The notes beneath the pieces are model-generated. The model saw only the letters and a program-made list of their open reading frames with translations, ran no database searches and was not told the DNA's origin. Shown one piece after another: positions 39,300 to 53,670 of a DNA stretch of 64,000 nucleotides. The position numbers and the translations under genes are program-made. The DNA lies in contig JAKMXF010000222.1 of NCBI GenBank assembly GCA_024704765.1, forward strand, positions 930,001 through 994,000. The letters are read 5' to 3'. Source of the stretch: Oopsacas minuta. Taxonomy: Eukaryota > Animalia > Porifera. Position 1 is the first letter of the stretch. Each line of letters opens with the position of its first letter.

Positions 39300-40406
39300 G
39301 ACTTGGAAATTGTAAGCTAAATCTCTTCAGGGCAGTGACGGCAGAGGTTGATGGAGGAATAGCCAGTTCATTACACATCCTGAGCAGTTTACGTATAGCA
39401 TTTCCCTCGAATGCGTAGACTGTAGAAACTTTGTCGAACATCGTTGAATGTAGAAGAGATTCGCAAGTATTCTGTGTCTCGTGTAAACCTAGGATTTATC
39501 CCAAGTACACAAGATGTATGAATACCCCCCTACTATCAAACCGATCAAGTTTCCCCAGCTTGAGATCAGCAGTAATTGGAACACCATAGATCGTCAGAAA
39601 TTACTTATTTGATGGTCCTAAATTCCGCTAAAAGTTGTAAAATTTTCAGGAACGTTGATAACCAAAAGATATATAAACTTATCTACAGACTTATCATTCC
39701 TTAAGCTGAGCAGAAGTATGAGAAAATCTCGTCCATAATCAAGGCCGAGGTCATATTCCAATCGTTCTAGATTATCGCCATATATTTTATCATAGAATCA
39801 CTGAAGTGATGTTTTGATCTCATTACATCTTACAACAAAAGTTTCCTTAATACGATTTTGGTACTTTTCTTTACTATGATCAGGACTAATTGAGATACAC
39901 ACCATAATATCCATATACAGAATTCTTCCTTCTTCTCATAGTAATATCCAATTGGCGGACAACGAATTCCAGAGCCTCGCAAAACTGAAGACACCTTGTA
40001 AAATTGATTGTTCGACAATTCACCAGTTGATTTAAGTTGCATGATCATGCCGAACTCAATTCATTGCTTCTTAGATTCTGATTGAGGTGGAAAATGTGTA
40101 CAGTTTGAAGCGCACACAATTAGAGGATAACAACCTTCTTGTCGTGCGAGTTAGAAACTTAATCCAATGTTGGCTCCTACTTGAAAACGTTATAGTATGC
40201 TATGAAAGGTACACTGATTGAGCACATTTCTGTGATCTAAATGCTGGTGGGTGTTGTCAATCGGAGGCCCTTTAGTGCATTGATTCGATATAGGTTGAGA
40301 AAAATTTTTGCAATACATTTTCGAAATCGACATAAATTCCGTGCCCAACCTGAAATTTCGTAAGGCTCGTGTTTTTTGACAGAGTTCACATTTTCAGAGG
40401 CCAGTG
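39300..40406 (-). mobile_element. Decayed Chapaev-family relic (sister of 25907-27340); an extra copy of the same TIR ends at 39185
   Basis: 5' TIR CACTGGCCTCTGAAAATG at 40406; fragments NNQFYKVSSVLRGSGIRCPP and AFEGNAIRKLL...ALKRFS. Confidence 0.72.
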
Positions 40407-41313
40407 TAGGGTCTTCAGGTTTCTTCAATCAAGTCGGAAATACAAACAAAAAAATCCGAATAATAGAGCCATCGTGTAATCGGGCCACTTGACCAAAAGT
40501 AGAGCCATACAAATAGTGTTAATTTACTATGGTCAATAAGGTCAACACGTTAATTCGCTTAATTGGATAAAAAATACCTGGTCCAATGTGAACGTATCAA
40601 GCAGAGTCTGTTCCATAAATCCAAGGTTAAAATGCTGAAACCGAAAACCAACTTAATCGAATAATTGGTAAAACTGGAGAATTTGGCAAAATGAAGGATT
40701 TGGTCTACAGAATAATTTGGTAAACCGCATAATTAGCTTAACAAACTAATTTGGTGAAATGAAAAATTTGATTACTCTAATAATTTAGTCCCCAATTGAT
40801 CACATTTACGTTGCTGATTATGGACGTGCTTGGTGTGTACACTAGTGTGTGGCTATGCTATAATACAATGTACTCTTCTGGTCCTTTACACAATAATATA
40901 ATTAGCAGTACAATAGTACTAATTACAGAGATAAAAATAAATTTAATTATAGGTTATTTATCTGAAATTTCCATAACAATTCAGTAATATGCCTAATTAG
41001 ATTTCTATTCAGCTCGGAATCTCAATCAATCACTGGGGAAAAGTACGTACTATCTTTGTATTTTAACTATACTTCATCATATGTTAAGTTTAGAGCGATA
41101 ACAGGAACCAAGTTCAAGGTTTGTTTGATACGTATCTATTTAGTAATTAATGTTTCAGATTAATTGTTCTATAATTGTTCACTTCGCAAATGGTCAACAA
41201 TCTATTATAGCCATCTGGGATTTTCTTCTCACATAAATTGCCATAATTATTTGACTGAAACACTTCGAAACCATTGTTATGCATATACTCGTGCCACATA
41301 TATTACGAATTTA

Positions 41314-41435
41314 CAAGGTTGAAACCGATTGAACCGAATATCAGTATTTCTGAATAACAAACTAATCGGATACTGATATTCGGTTAGCAACCGAATATTG
41401 AACTATTCACCAAATATTATTTGGTTGCAACCTTG
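41314..41435. mobile_element. 122 bp hAT-type MITE
   Basis: TIR CAAGGTTG(A/C)AACC; 8 bp TSD cgaattta / ctaattta (7/8). Confidence 0.7.
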
Positions 41436-41659
41436 CTAATTTATTTATGTTTAAATTTGTTCCCATCCATTCTAATTCAATTCACATTTGGATAAGAAGT
41501 ACACTCGGATAGCACTGAGATTTTTTGTTTCCCTCGGGCTCGGGGGTATTGTCTTACCAGAGCTCCACTTCTCGTAATTAATTTAAGCAAATTGTTTAGA
41601 ACAAACTATTAAGACCACTTACTACACAACTACAAGGCTGGTCTAGTAACTTGACCATC

Positions 41660-41701
41660 TTGATATGAACTAGATATAAACTAGACTCTAGTTCATATCA
41701 A
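41660..41701. repeat. Perfect 15 bp inverted repeat with a 12 nt loop
   Basis: ttgatatgaactaga / tataaactagac / tctagttcatatcaa. Confidence 0.85.
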
Positions 41702-41879
41702 ATTACGTTACAACGGTTAACTCCGTCCACCATTCAACATATTAATTCCAAATTGTTGAATATACTAAATTATTCATAATCTACTCGACTACTCGTGTAG
41801 CGATGTGTCCATGTAGCTAACTGTCTGCATTATCCAGATTCGAATTATTTTGGCGACTGAACAAGAAATCTTTATTGTA

Positions 41880-43680
41880 TTCTCGTTATACATTTATGAT
41901 TTGATAAGTGTGACCCTTATAGCTTTTAATGTTGCAACTTCTACCACATTTCTTGCAAATGCACCTTAGTGTTTTACAGTGCTTACATCTACATGCTTGA
42001 CCACTGAGGCCCCAGAGAAGCACTTTGCATTGCTTGCGTTTGACTGAGTACAGAAGTATGGCAAGACACGTTTGCACTGATTCTGAATAGACAAACATCA
42101 AACTGATTCCTTGCATAGCCAGAGGAAAATTGTGCAATGTGATGTATCTACAGTATAAACTGAGTCCTGTGCTTCAACGATATGACCCATAAGATTGCGT
42201 GGTCCAATCGAACTCATCTTATTAGGTTGAGAAATGGGTATAAGCACAGTATTACCGATTTCAGTAGGTTTGAAATTTTCTCTCTTGACTTTAGCATATG
42301 ATCATGTAGTGTATCTTGATTTCATTATTCCTTTTCTTAAATGATGGGTATTTACACTCCTTTCTTTGAGAAAACAACCTTGACATCACACTGAAGTTCC
42401 AAATCCCTCTTCTCCTCGTAGAATTCCGCAAGGTACGTGAACGAAATCACTACACCCAGGGCAAGAGTGAACTCCACTTGTTTTATTCTTACATACAGGA
42501 CAGAGTAAGTTAGTTGAATTGGTTGGATTTATATATAACACTATGGATGAACTACTAGATAGTCCACTCATGGGAAACTGCTTCTCAGAAATTAAATTAT
42601 CTGAATCAAGAGCTCTAATTTGATTCTCCAGAATTACTGGAATACTTGATATTGGGGTTTCAACATTAGTATATATTCTATACCATCGACAATTGCGCTA
42701 GGTGGACCTGTATCTAGTAGAGAGAATTCAGAATCATCGGAAAAGGCGGGAACTTAGATAAATATGAAACTATGGTCCATTAGGATGCTCTTCTGTATAT
42801 ATAGGCACTTCGTTATGAAGCAAGTTAGATGATTCAGATAATTCATCAACAGATGCTGAGATTGGATCAGTAACAGAGGTTTGTTGAAAATTATTCAAGT
42901 CATCTTCGGTATTAATCACACTCCAATGTTCTTTAGGAAAATTAAGAGTGGCGAGTCCGAAGCATGGGGGTCTGCCACATACAGCTTCAGATGGAGTCAT
43001 TCGAATGATTGTATGGTAACCTTTGTTGTGCTAAATTTTACCCACGTTAAATACTTTACCCAGCATTGATCATTGTTATCATGCATCATGGCAAATAATT
43101 CATCTTTAACTTCTCTATTCACACGCTATACTGTCCCTGACACTCTGGATGCCTAGGTTTGTCATGCACAATTTTTATAGAGAGCTAGGTATCCAACAAA
43201 GTTTCGAATAGAAGGCGATTTGAGAATTCTCCTCTATTATGAGAATGGAATATTAGAGGTGGGCCTTGATCGCAGAATATTTCAATTAAAATATCACGAA
43301 CATTTTCTGCTGTTTTTCTAACTAGTGGGACCAAGTTTATTTTTTTGGAAAATGGCCAATGTCGACAAAAAGGTATTTATAGGGTGTAACTCCATCTGGT
43401 GACATGTTTTCAGCTAGATTCATATCTCTGAAATCTATGAGATCAATTTGACCTCTGCTCAGGTATTTCTCAATACGACTGGTTTGGTAACTACAGACTT
43501 AATGGATTTCTTTCCTCCTTTTAGATACAAGTTGGACTCTTCTCTTCCTGTAAGCCCAGGGTTCAATTCTATATCTCCCGATAAAAGGAGAGGAATAGAT
43601 AGATTTGGATAAATCCTGAATGATAACCATCAGAAAGGAAATATATGTTGTCGTTTGGTTTCACATAAACGGGAACAAAT
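41880..43680 (-). pseudogene. KRBA2-like / Ginger2-type integrase-transposase relic
   Basis: RGQIDLIDF, GHFSKK, IFCDQGPP.IFHS.N.GEFSN, KIVHDKPRHPECQGTV.RVN, TPSEAVCG, PHD-like CPVC..HSCPGC..VHVPCG, and a Cys-rich tail CRCKHCKTLRCICKKCGRSC. Confidence 0.8.
43552..43590 (-). other. Degenerate 2A/StopGo-like motif LLLSGDIELNPG-L
   Basis: ctc ctt tta tcg gga gat ata gaa ttg aac cct ggg ctt. Matches the D(V/I)ExNPG-P consensus except the final Pro (CTT, one transition from CCT). Confidence 0.7.
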
Positions 43681-45329
43681 ATTAAGAAACAATTTGATAA
43701 GGCACTAATGGTGATTATATAATACAACAAATGTATACGAGTTATCTGATTGAAAAAATTTTACCTAGATACACTTTGAGCTCGGATGGATATACTCGCG
43801 CTTTGAGCTCGAGGCCTAAAATGTTTCCATGTGGAATGTACATAAAATACATTATTGGCAAAATAATGAAGAACTTTGGAATGAAAATGATTGTTTAATA
43901 CAGGTAGTATTCGAGAAGAAAAATAAGTCTTTCCTTGTGCTTGAGTATTTATCTGTTGAATAGTATTTCCACCAGCATACAGTGAAATGTTGTCACAAAT
44001 TATGTCATATTATTTACAATAATTATTGATATTCCCTTTCATTTCTAAGTAGCAACTCAAATACTTTTTCAAAGGATGGTGAAACATTACAATATTGATA
44101 ATAATGATCACTAATTATATTATTTAGTAAAGAACCAGAAGAGAACATTTTATCAGGGCATGGCTATACACCAGTGCACACGGGTGCACACCAAGCACGT
44201 CCATAAACTGCAACTTTTCTACAAAAAAAATACAATATAAATATACATATTACATTCAGCCAATCGTTTGAGTTCAGATAATCTCTCGTGAGAAGTTTTG
44301 AATACAGATATATTTCTAGCATAAAGGAAGCTAAATTCGTTAGAGTATAGTAGAAAAATTTCGTATGACAATAAACCATACCTTAGGTAATTGTTTGAGA
44401 AATATCATAAGATTGAATATTGAAATATTTAAGCAAACTAAGTGCAGTCAAATGCGCATAATCCGGATTGGATAGGACCTGAGAAATCGATCTGGCTTAT
44501 GCACACTCAGCATGAACTCACTTGTCCTAAAAATATATAATAGGATAGGAAGATTATTGCTGTATAAAAGCCGGTAGATGATGTCTCTAAATATTATTTG
44601 GGTTATTGTTTTGCATTTCAATTAGTTTTAATTCGAATTAAACTACACATATTGATAAATACTAATAAAATAAAAAGAAAAGAAAAATTCTTTCACAAAT
44701 ATTAAATTAAGAATAATCCTAATCAGGCGTATAAATTAGTAATGGCATCAATATAATGATCCGAGTTATGCGCATTAGCATTATGAGAAGGACAAAGTAT
44801 GTTTATCAAGAAATCGCAGACAAGTAAAAGGTACTCACCGAATATCCGCGAGGGTGATTAGTTCTGACATTCTAACAGCTGTACGATCTAATGGTTCTTC
44901 ACAAAATGAAAATGAATTATCCTAAAAGATTTGAAAATGGACATTAGAAAGAGATAACAGCTGAAAATAGAAAATTATAGACCCATCAAGGAATGGTGAC
45001 ATTATATAGTATGTCCCAAAACTCTTTTCCTATTGTTGTATAGAATATATTATACACCCTCAATTACATGATATTCATATACCATTTTTACTTGCTTTCA
45101 CGCTAGATAATGAATTTAGAGAATAGATAATATCTTTGCTTTCCGAGGTCATGTTCTCATTATATGTAGAAATTTTGATGTCTACATTACCAGATATAAT
45201 ACTTGTCAATGCGATTGCTATATTAGAGAAGGAATAAAAAAAATGCTGCTATACAAATAGGTAAACGATACAAATAGTGAATAACTGTTGGATACGAATA
45301 AGCGCGTTTCATCCTCGATGATAAACCAA

Positions 45330-46000
45330 GATTGTCACTAACAAGAGTGGGAGGAACAACCATCTCTAAAAATATCGGAAAAGACACAATCTACTTGAAG
45401 TTTAGCTTAAGACTAACAGTTCGGGGGCGACAAGATTATGAAAACTGCCGTGCATCGATAATTGAAGCAGAAACTTAGTCTCAACAACTACATACGATCC
45501 CAGATCCTGAGATCGACAGGAACAAAAGAGGGTTCATCAAATATAATTTGAAGAGAGGCCCAATTGCTCAGATAAGGAGTGGGCTAATGTAGTATTCTCG
45601 GATGAGACGCCTTTCTATCTAATCGAATCTCTACAAACAAATCGGCTTTGGGGCAGGAATGCTCCAAATATACCTCTGGTCCTCAAATCAAAAGTTCCTC
45701 ATTGACATTAGGGTGCTATATCAGCTAATGGTGTGTCAAAATTGTACATTCTCCCTCAGAAGTGCAACTACGAAATATAATGTGGAAAAACCATTAGCTG
45801 GACTATGTAAAGCTGCATTTGCTCGTAAGCAATCTAGGGACGATTCTACAACGACAACTATGTGAAAACATGTAAAATTCAATCCTTCAAATGATAGTCC
45901 CATGCTCACACATCAAAATTGAGCCAGGAATGTTGTCGATTGAATCTTCCCAGTTACTTGGCAAAAGAACTTGGCTATGCTACCACTTGATGCATCATCA
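45330..46000 (+). pseudogene. Heavily decayed Tc1-like transposase fragment
   Basis: EWANVVFSDETPFYL and GAISANGVSKL; no clean TIRs found. Confidence 0.65.
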
Positions 46001-48925
46001 TGAGTGGAAAATTTAGGTCCATACTGTAAGTTTAATGTAAGTTACATAACCCTCCGTACTCTACACGATAGTAAGGTTACAACAATTCAATTGTTAATGG
46101 TTGAATCTACATTCGCTAATGAGGATATATATACATAAAGAACAGAATAATGCAAGATACAAGAACTTCACGAAGTTCCCCCAATTCTTTACGCATTTTG
46201 TATTTATAAAGTTGCCATGACATTTGGCAATTACAAAACAATGTAATAAATTACAAGTACCTTCATATAATTCACTTATAAGTACTTTTAGGGAAATCTA
46301 TTCGTGGTGTCATATCATCATAATCATGAGACAAGTTAAAAGGTGAAAACATACCATTATGACGAAATGCATTAAATTGTCATAATTGCAACAAACAATG
46401 TAATATTCACATCCTTATGAAATCTCCATTTCGTAAGATATCTCTGATCACAAGTTTGAGAATGTAACCATAGATTGAATAGAAGATTAAAATTTCTTTC
46501 CAATTATTAGTTGGCAAAAGAGTAATAAACGCCAGCAATAAATCAGTAATCATTAGGCCAAGTTTAGTTGAAAACATGCCTCAGCAGTAACGTACGCGCC
46601 TGATTAGACTTCCCACGAATATTGTCATTAATATCACTTTCGTATTATCTTACAATTTACCAAATGTGATTCAAGACGTATTAGCTAGCTAATAGAACAA
46701 GAGAGATGAATTTTCATGGTATTGCATACCTCTTATCAAATATGACCCTCGTGATTGAATGAATTGAACAATTTTACCGCTGATACGTCATAAAATAATG
46801 AGATATTGTGAATGAAGCGCCAGCCAGAATCAAGCTTAAGTGGAGCCCATTTAATAGTGGCATTATATAGACAGATGTTCCCGATAAGATATGTATCTAT
46901 GATATTAAAAAATATATAGGTAAATAGAAAGAGAATGGGAATTCAAAATATAGCAAAAATTACAATAATATATCTCACGATTCCATAGGAGATAGAAGAT
47001 CTAATAATTATTCAGAACGACATAGCGAGAGTTGATAGCCCTAAATTAGAATGACGTGACAAGATTTAATTTATCGTCCAATCATCTTGTAAACTCAACA
47101 TCTATAACCTGATAGAACTCTTCAATAAGATATCTAGAACGATTATGACACAATCCTGATAATGCATACACAGTGGAACTCGGTTAACGGCAACCTCGAT
47201 ATTCCTGACACTTTAAGGCCGTTTAAATTCCTATAGACATAAACACGAACTTATTTCAGGATTACTGCCACCCCGAAATTCTGAATTCGGGCCATTGTTT
47301 TAGTACAGGAATATATATATCCGTGAATTCCGGCGAGTTTCCTATAAGAGTGGCGTGTCATAATAATTATCGCTCAATAGTTAATATAATCTTGACAATA
47401 AAAGAACATAAAATTACAAATTACTGCCAATACATCCAATAGTAAATACATTGTTGCATCACGTAACAAAAAAATATGCTCTAACTAAAATAGAAAGATT
47501 AATTAAAATGTACTCCTCAATCAATTTGAAGGAAATGTTTCACAAGACGACCATTTATCTCGGTCCCAAGTGTGACCAAAATTCCGTGGTTCCACTGTTT
47601 ATGGTATTACCGATTGAGTCGACAGCATATTATCAAGTGGTCTATGGTTTGAACTGATCCTAATTTATGTAGAATCTAAGTTATCTCCTTCACTCTCACT
47701 AGCAACATAAAATTTGGATGCTCATACTAGTAACTCTGTAAATTGTAAATATGTTTAAATGAATGGTTAAATCAACATTAATAAGACTTAAATAAGTGCA
47801 CAAATTTCAGAAACGAATTCTAACAGTTAGGTGGTATATTTTACTGAAGAAGTATACATAACGAATTGAACAAAATATATTAGAAAAGAAAATTTTACAC
47901 AAAATCACATTGTATAAAATGTCAAACTCTCTTATATCAAATGATACTTAATTCAGTATTTATGATGAGTGGAAGTGGGTAATGATAGTGATTGAATTGT
48001 ACATATCCAAACAGTCTACTAACTTCACACCCGTCATCTCTTGTAAGGATGAACAGAATAACACAATATAGAGTAAACCTCAATTATGGAAACCTAGATT
48101 AAAGCAACAACTCCACTTAAGGCACACTCCTCGTCCGCCTCTGTATATTGGTCATATGAACTTAGCCGCACTTTAAAGAATAGTTGACAAGTAGATGATT
48201 GTTAATATAGATCGACTATATCAATAGAACAATTCTTCATAGATTAAGAGGCAGATCATGGAAGAGTTCAATGGATACCTGAGGAATCCCCCTGGGTGGA
48301 TCTAATGTGGTATACAATTGACTTCGGTTTATCTTACTATTTGTTTGCTGGAAAATGTGATAAGAAAATAACGATAGTAAGAATAAACCTAATTGAATAT
48401 GCATGATACTCCAAAATCCATTACAATCTGATAAAAATGTAAGGAAAACCGGTTATAAATGTAATTGATGTATTAGAGGTTTATTGACAAAATAAGTGAT
48501 TTGATTAGGATATTATATCTTTAGACAAACATAATAGTGATAATTCTAGAGATATAGAACCAAAACTTTATTCTGGGGGAAAGATGCTCGTAAAAACCTT
48601 CGCTGCGCTGTCACTTATGAACCCCTATCCCAGATCTTGTTCTATCCCTTCTAACGCTCACTTTTATGATGCTCCCTTGATGGCCAGAAATATTTGATTG
48701 TGAAACTTTTTCTACCCTTTCGTGCTGGGAGCTCTCAATAGAAATATAAGGTAGATTTTCATAATACAATCTAAGAATGTATTAGTTTCCATCAGTCCCA
48801 AGTGCTTTCATTACACTATTATCACTGTGACTCATTAAGTATCTTAATTATACATTTCATTAAATTTATTCGTATCATCGAAAATAGCGTGGATTTGAGG
48901 GTATTATAGGACTAAGCGGCAGATA

Positions 48926-50234
48926 CAAGGTGATCCAAAAGGTCTACAACAAAATTAAAATTTCAAAAATGAATGTCAAATGTTGAATTTTCTTTGCCAA
49001 ATAGTTATGTTATAATCACTTAGTATATCCACTGACAGTTTATGCTCTATAGTCAACATTCTTCTTGTTTATCTGCTCAAATCGCTTGCCTCTGGCTTGA
49101 ATACATAATACAATCTTGGGGGATTTTCGGCAGGCATTTGCGACTTCTTTTTGGTGCAGTTGATTCCAAGCAAGCCGAATTGCTCTTTAAGTGACTCGAT
49201 TGAGTTATAAAACCGACTGTTCACAATTGCTTCCATTCTAACTCATAGATAAAGTCACAAGTATATAAATCGGGGCTAGAAGGCGGCCAATCATTTCCCG
49301 ATAAAATCTGGAACATTATTTGTAAGCCATTCTTGGGAGGAAGCTGTTGTATGAACTGGTGCTCCATCTTGTTGAAACAACAATGATTGTCTTTCATGAA
49401 GGTATTCCCTATCCGACTAACATGCCTAGGAAAGAATGAGATATGAAACAAATTTGCAGTGATCTTTGCATCATTAGGCAGGAATACAATTGGTGTCTTG
49501 GCCTTACCAAAAATTCCTGCCCAAACTATCATAGCTTTTGGGTGCAAGCTATTTCCTACACGTTTGTGTTGCTCTGCTATATTATCATGCGATATAGCAT
49601 ATACACGAAAATTCTGAGTATTGTGCTTCTCGTTAATGCTCCAAAGCTTCTCGTCAGAAAAAACTACGTCATCAAGATCGACATTTTTGAGGCTAACACT
49701 CAACTTGTGGTATGTTGGACCCTCTTCTTTATTATATGTTGATTAAGAGCTTCAATGCGAGTTCTTCTGAAAGATTTGACCACAATTTAAATAGAAATGA
49801 TATGTTGAGCAGATGTATTCGAAATACGAGCTTTACAGCAATTCGCCTGTAGGAGAGTGTCGGTTTCCGCGGAAGAAGTTGCCTCATCTTCGCCTTATGA
49901 CTGGGGTTCTAACAGAGCGTGGTGCAGCTTTGAGAGTACCGAGCTTGTTGTACCTATTTATCACACGAGAACAAAAGATCTTGTAGAATCTTGAGTGCCA
50001 AGTGATTCCCAAATTTCTGCTTGAAGATGACCATTATTCCAGAGCTTAATTACTGCAGATCCCTTTTGTTTAATAATATCTACAGTTTTCATTAATATTT
50101 GAAGTAAGCATATAAGCATAAGTAATTATTGCATATACACCAGTCAATCAATGTAAAAGTATAACAGAAGTGTATTTCTGGATGAATTATTTACTGCATT
50201 ATATATATTTATTGCAGAACTTTGGATCGCCCTG
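48926..50234 (-). mobile_element. Second maT (DD37D) element, decayed
   Basis: Imperfect TA-flanked TIRs caaggtgatccaaaaggtct / cagggcgatccaaagttct. VVFSDEK, FQQDGAPVH...WPPSSPDLYTCDF (37-residue spacing after correcting one frameshift). Confidence 0.85.
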
Positions 50235-50302
50235 TAATGAATGAATTGTTTTATGAATTGTTTTATGAATTATTTTAATAATATAGATTCAAAACAAGTA
50301 TA

Positions 50303-52056
50303 CAGTCGACTCCGGTTAATCGGACCACTTTTGTCCAGAGTAAAGTGGTCTGATTATCCTGAGTGTCCGATCAACCGAAAAATCTTCTTATCAATAATTT
50401 ATTGCTAGATAAATAATTCTAGTCAATGGTAATCCTATTGCTAATTGAAAAAAGAAGAAATTGATTGTTGCTTAAGTGATCTTTCAGCATTTAGGTGAAT
50501 TTTGTCAGCACAATCATCAATTTTAGTTCTGTCTAACCCTTGCTCAATAAAATATCTTTGTAGAAGATAACAGCTGCGTTTTGCTTCATTGTTTGTTACT
50601 TTTTGTTGTATTTCAGGACATGAATCTTCACCATCAGAACTTTCAATTTCATTAACATTTCTCCTTTTTCGTTTCATTTCCTCAACAATTTCTTCGACAT
50701 TATCAAAGTTTTTCAGGTTCGAAACAGGTTGTATCGTCATGATCTATTTCATCATATTCTTCTCCATTCACAACTTCCTCTATGCCTAGACTAATGCATT
50801 CGTTTGTTACAGGTGTTTCATTGCTCAGTAAGGTATTGTTAGAGAACCCAGCCTTATGGATGCAGTTTGCCATTGTTGTACTCTTAACAGCGCGCCAACT
50901 CTCGGAAATAAAACCAACAGCATCAAATATAGATATCTTGGAACTAACATCAATTGCAGTAAGCTGCATGCCTTCGGGTGTGCTGAATAATTGTCAACAA
51001 TAAGCAAACTTTTCGATTATTGCTTCCTAAAATCATATCCCATTCTATAAGCCATTCTTCGAACATGGTCTTAGTCATCCATGCATTTTTATTTGCACGA
51101 TAGGTCACTGGAAAGTTTGTCATATTGATACCCTTGAAACAACGAGGACATTTGCTTTTTCCTATTATAAAAAGCTTACATTTGTCAGAACCTGTCATAT
51201 TTGCACAGCACAAGACAGTCAAACGTTCCATCGCTTTTTTGGAACTGCACAAATTCTTATAGGCATAGCCTAGTGAACCATCAGGAGTTTCTCGATAAAA
51301 TAATGCAGTTTCATCTGCATTAAATACATCTTGTGATTCATAGTCTTTCATCAGTTTAGGGAGAACTGTTTCTAACCAATGTTTAGCGGTGACCCTATCT
51401 GCACTTGCTTTCTCACCATGTACCTTCTTAGCTTTACCTTGGTGTCTAACCTTCCAACGACTTATCTATCCCTCAGTAGCAAGGAAATCAGAATTCCCAA
51501 GCAGGTGTGCCAGTTCTTCTGCTTTCTACTTCAGCATTGGACCACTTACTCTCTGACCTTAGAAGTCACTAACTCAAACCATTGATTTAACCGTTCATCC
51601 ACCTCAGGATCTTTTCCCTTTCGCTCTCTCTTCACGTTAGTCAGTTGTTTTGGGGATGATTCATGGTATGTGACCATTTTAACCTCAACTGCTCTTCTTC
51701 ATTTGTCAATCTAATGAGAGTAGTCCTTGATACAGATAATAACTCAGCACGTTGCCGCTGACTTATACCTGGAGGCTGTAATGCAACATCGTCTAGTAAT
51801 TTAATCTTTTATGCAGTGTCAAATCATTTCTTTGGGCCATAAAATAATAATATAATCTAAATTATATACAACCCTAATCAAATTTTTGATGAATATATTG
51901 ACTTCAAAAAAATAATGGTCCGATTAACCGATGTTTTGGTCCAATTAACCGAAAAATGTTAAATATTAATTCTGGATTAGATTCCGTCCAGGAGAAAATG
52001 GTCTGATTAACCGAATTGTCCGATTAACCAGTGGTCCGATTTACCGGAGTCGACTG
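50303..52056 (-). mobile_element. Complete Tigger/pogo element with a decayed transposase
   Basis: 27 bp TIR CAGTCGACTCCGGT(T/A)AATCGGACCACT, TA TSD; FNADETALF, KAMERLTVL, NKNAWMT. Confidence 0.92.
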
Positions 52057-52116
52057 TATATCAAAATATTTAGTCCTTGCCTTCATTTTCACGTCAGAAC
52101 TACTAATTCAATGGCC

Positions 52117-52543
52117 TTAGCATCTGAATCTGGGATAAATGTTCACGGTGAGGAGTTCTAGTTGAATATAACTGTTCCCCTGATCATTTACACCATAGAT
52201 ACAGCCATTGCAATCTCGAGTGCGACAACGCCATCGTTTCTTAGTATTGGCCGACACTAATTTGTCAAATCTATAAGAATGACCTTCAAAACTAACGCAG
52301 GACACTTTTTTGTTGTTCGTACCGAGATGCCATTTGACAAAAACATCCTTTGAATTGGACAAGGTTTCAATCTATACGAAATTGGTCGATGATACCTACA
52401 TGTGTATTATTTTAACAGCAAAAACCAAACTTTTATTCAAGTCTCATTTTGATAGCTTTACATATTGTGATATTGATTTGCTCAAATTGGGTTCGTTCAA
52501 GTGGGTTTCGCTTAAATGAGTACGGTCAAGTGGGGAAACTGCC
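52117..52543 (-). mobile_element. 5' fragment of a MULE-like element with a FLYWCH-type domain
   Basis: FEGHSYRFDK...RWRCRTRDCNG; terminus GGCAGTTTCCCCACTTG with CAAGTGG subterminal repeats. Confidence 0.6.
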
Positions 52544-53329
52544 AATAGATTATAGTGAAATCTCTCTAGGAGTTAGAATGTTTACAAAATTCTCCCTTGT
52601 TTGATAACAATTTTTCAAATTCATGGCTTGCCAATATAGAAAATTGTATAACCATAAATATTTTACCAAAAATTATCTCAAATCATGCGAATATTGTGTT
52701 AAATAGTACTCGTAGATATGTTTTGATTTCCAGAACGATTTTCTAATATCGATTTACTACATGTGAAAGTTTCCCCTAAGTGGGTAATATCTACATGAAT
52801 ATTTGACTAAACCGGCATTTTAAGCCAGGGTGCAATAAATTCAAATAACAAGATAGTTACATTGTTGAGAAGAGGTTTATACATGAAAAATCAATCACCA
52901 GCGGAGTCATAAGTCCATATACCCGATTAGCTGGGACATGATTTAGAGAATGGAATGTGTCCCTTTACTGAGTTGTCAAGGATATTTATTTATATTATAA
53001 AAGGATTTGAAGCACAAATGGGTAAAAATAAGGAAAAATTTAAGAAAATTCAATATTTTTAATCTAAAAAGTTTCTATACAGCTATCCGTAATCAATAAT
53101 ATAAAATCGCAATTGGTGTTTGTTCGTTATTAGGAAAGAATTTCTGATATGCAATTAAGAATTTGATTTACACAATCCCGATAACTATGTATATATCGTG
53201 TAAACAAGAAAGTAAGTAGAATTAAATAAAACTTGATTTTCACACATTGAATGTATTGAAATCATATGTAAATGTATTAGTTGGGTTTAGGAATTTATAG
53301 TAAACAAATTACAAAATTTAAAATATATA

Positions 53330-53670
53330 TACAGATTTGCTCAACGGCTACACAGGGGTAACACAGTACGCTGAACCCGAATTTCGCATTTTAAGTATCT
53401 CATATGTAAATATTATTATGTTTAAACATATATGGTACAAAAATTGTCCAAATTTCCAAATATACACGGAGACTTGCTCTGAACGACTAGTCAGGGGCAA
53501 TCAAGTTTGCAGAATCCGAATTTAGCATTTTCAGGTTGCTCATATGTAATATTTTTGTTGTTCTTTCCGAATAAAGTAAACAAATTAACCAATTTCAATA
53601 TATACTTACAGGCTTGCACTAAACGTCGACACAGGGCTAACACAGTACGCTGAATCCAGATTTCATATCG
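53330..53670. repeat. About three degenerate units of the same 140 bp tandem repeat seen at 23870-24880
   Basis: aacggctacacaggggtaacacagtacgctgaacccgaatttc and two variants at about 140 bp spacing. Confidence 0.75.
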
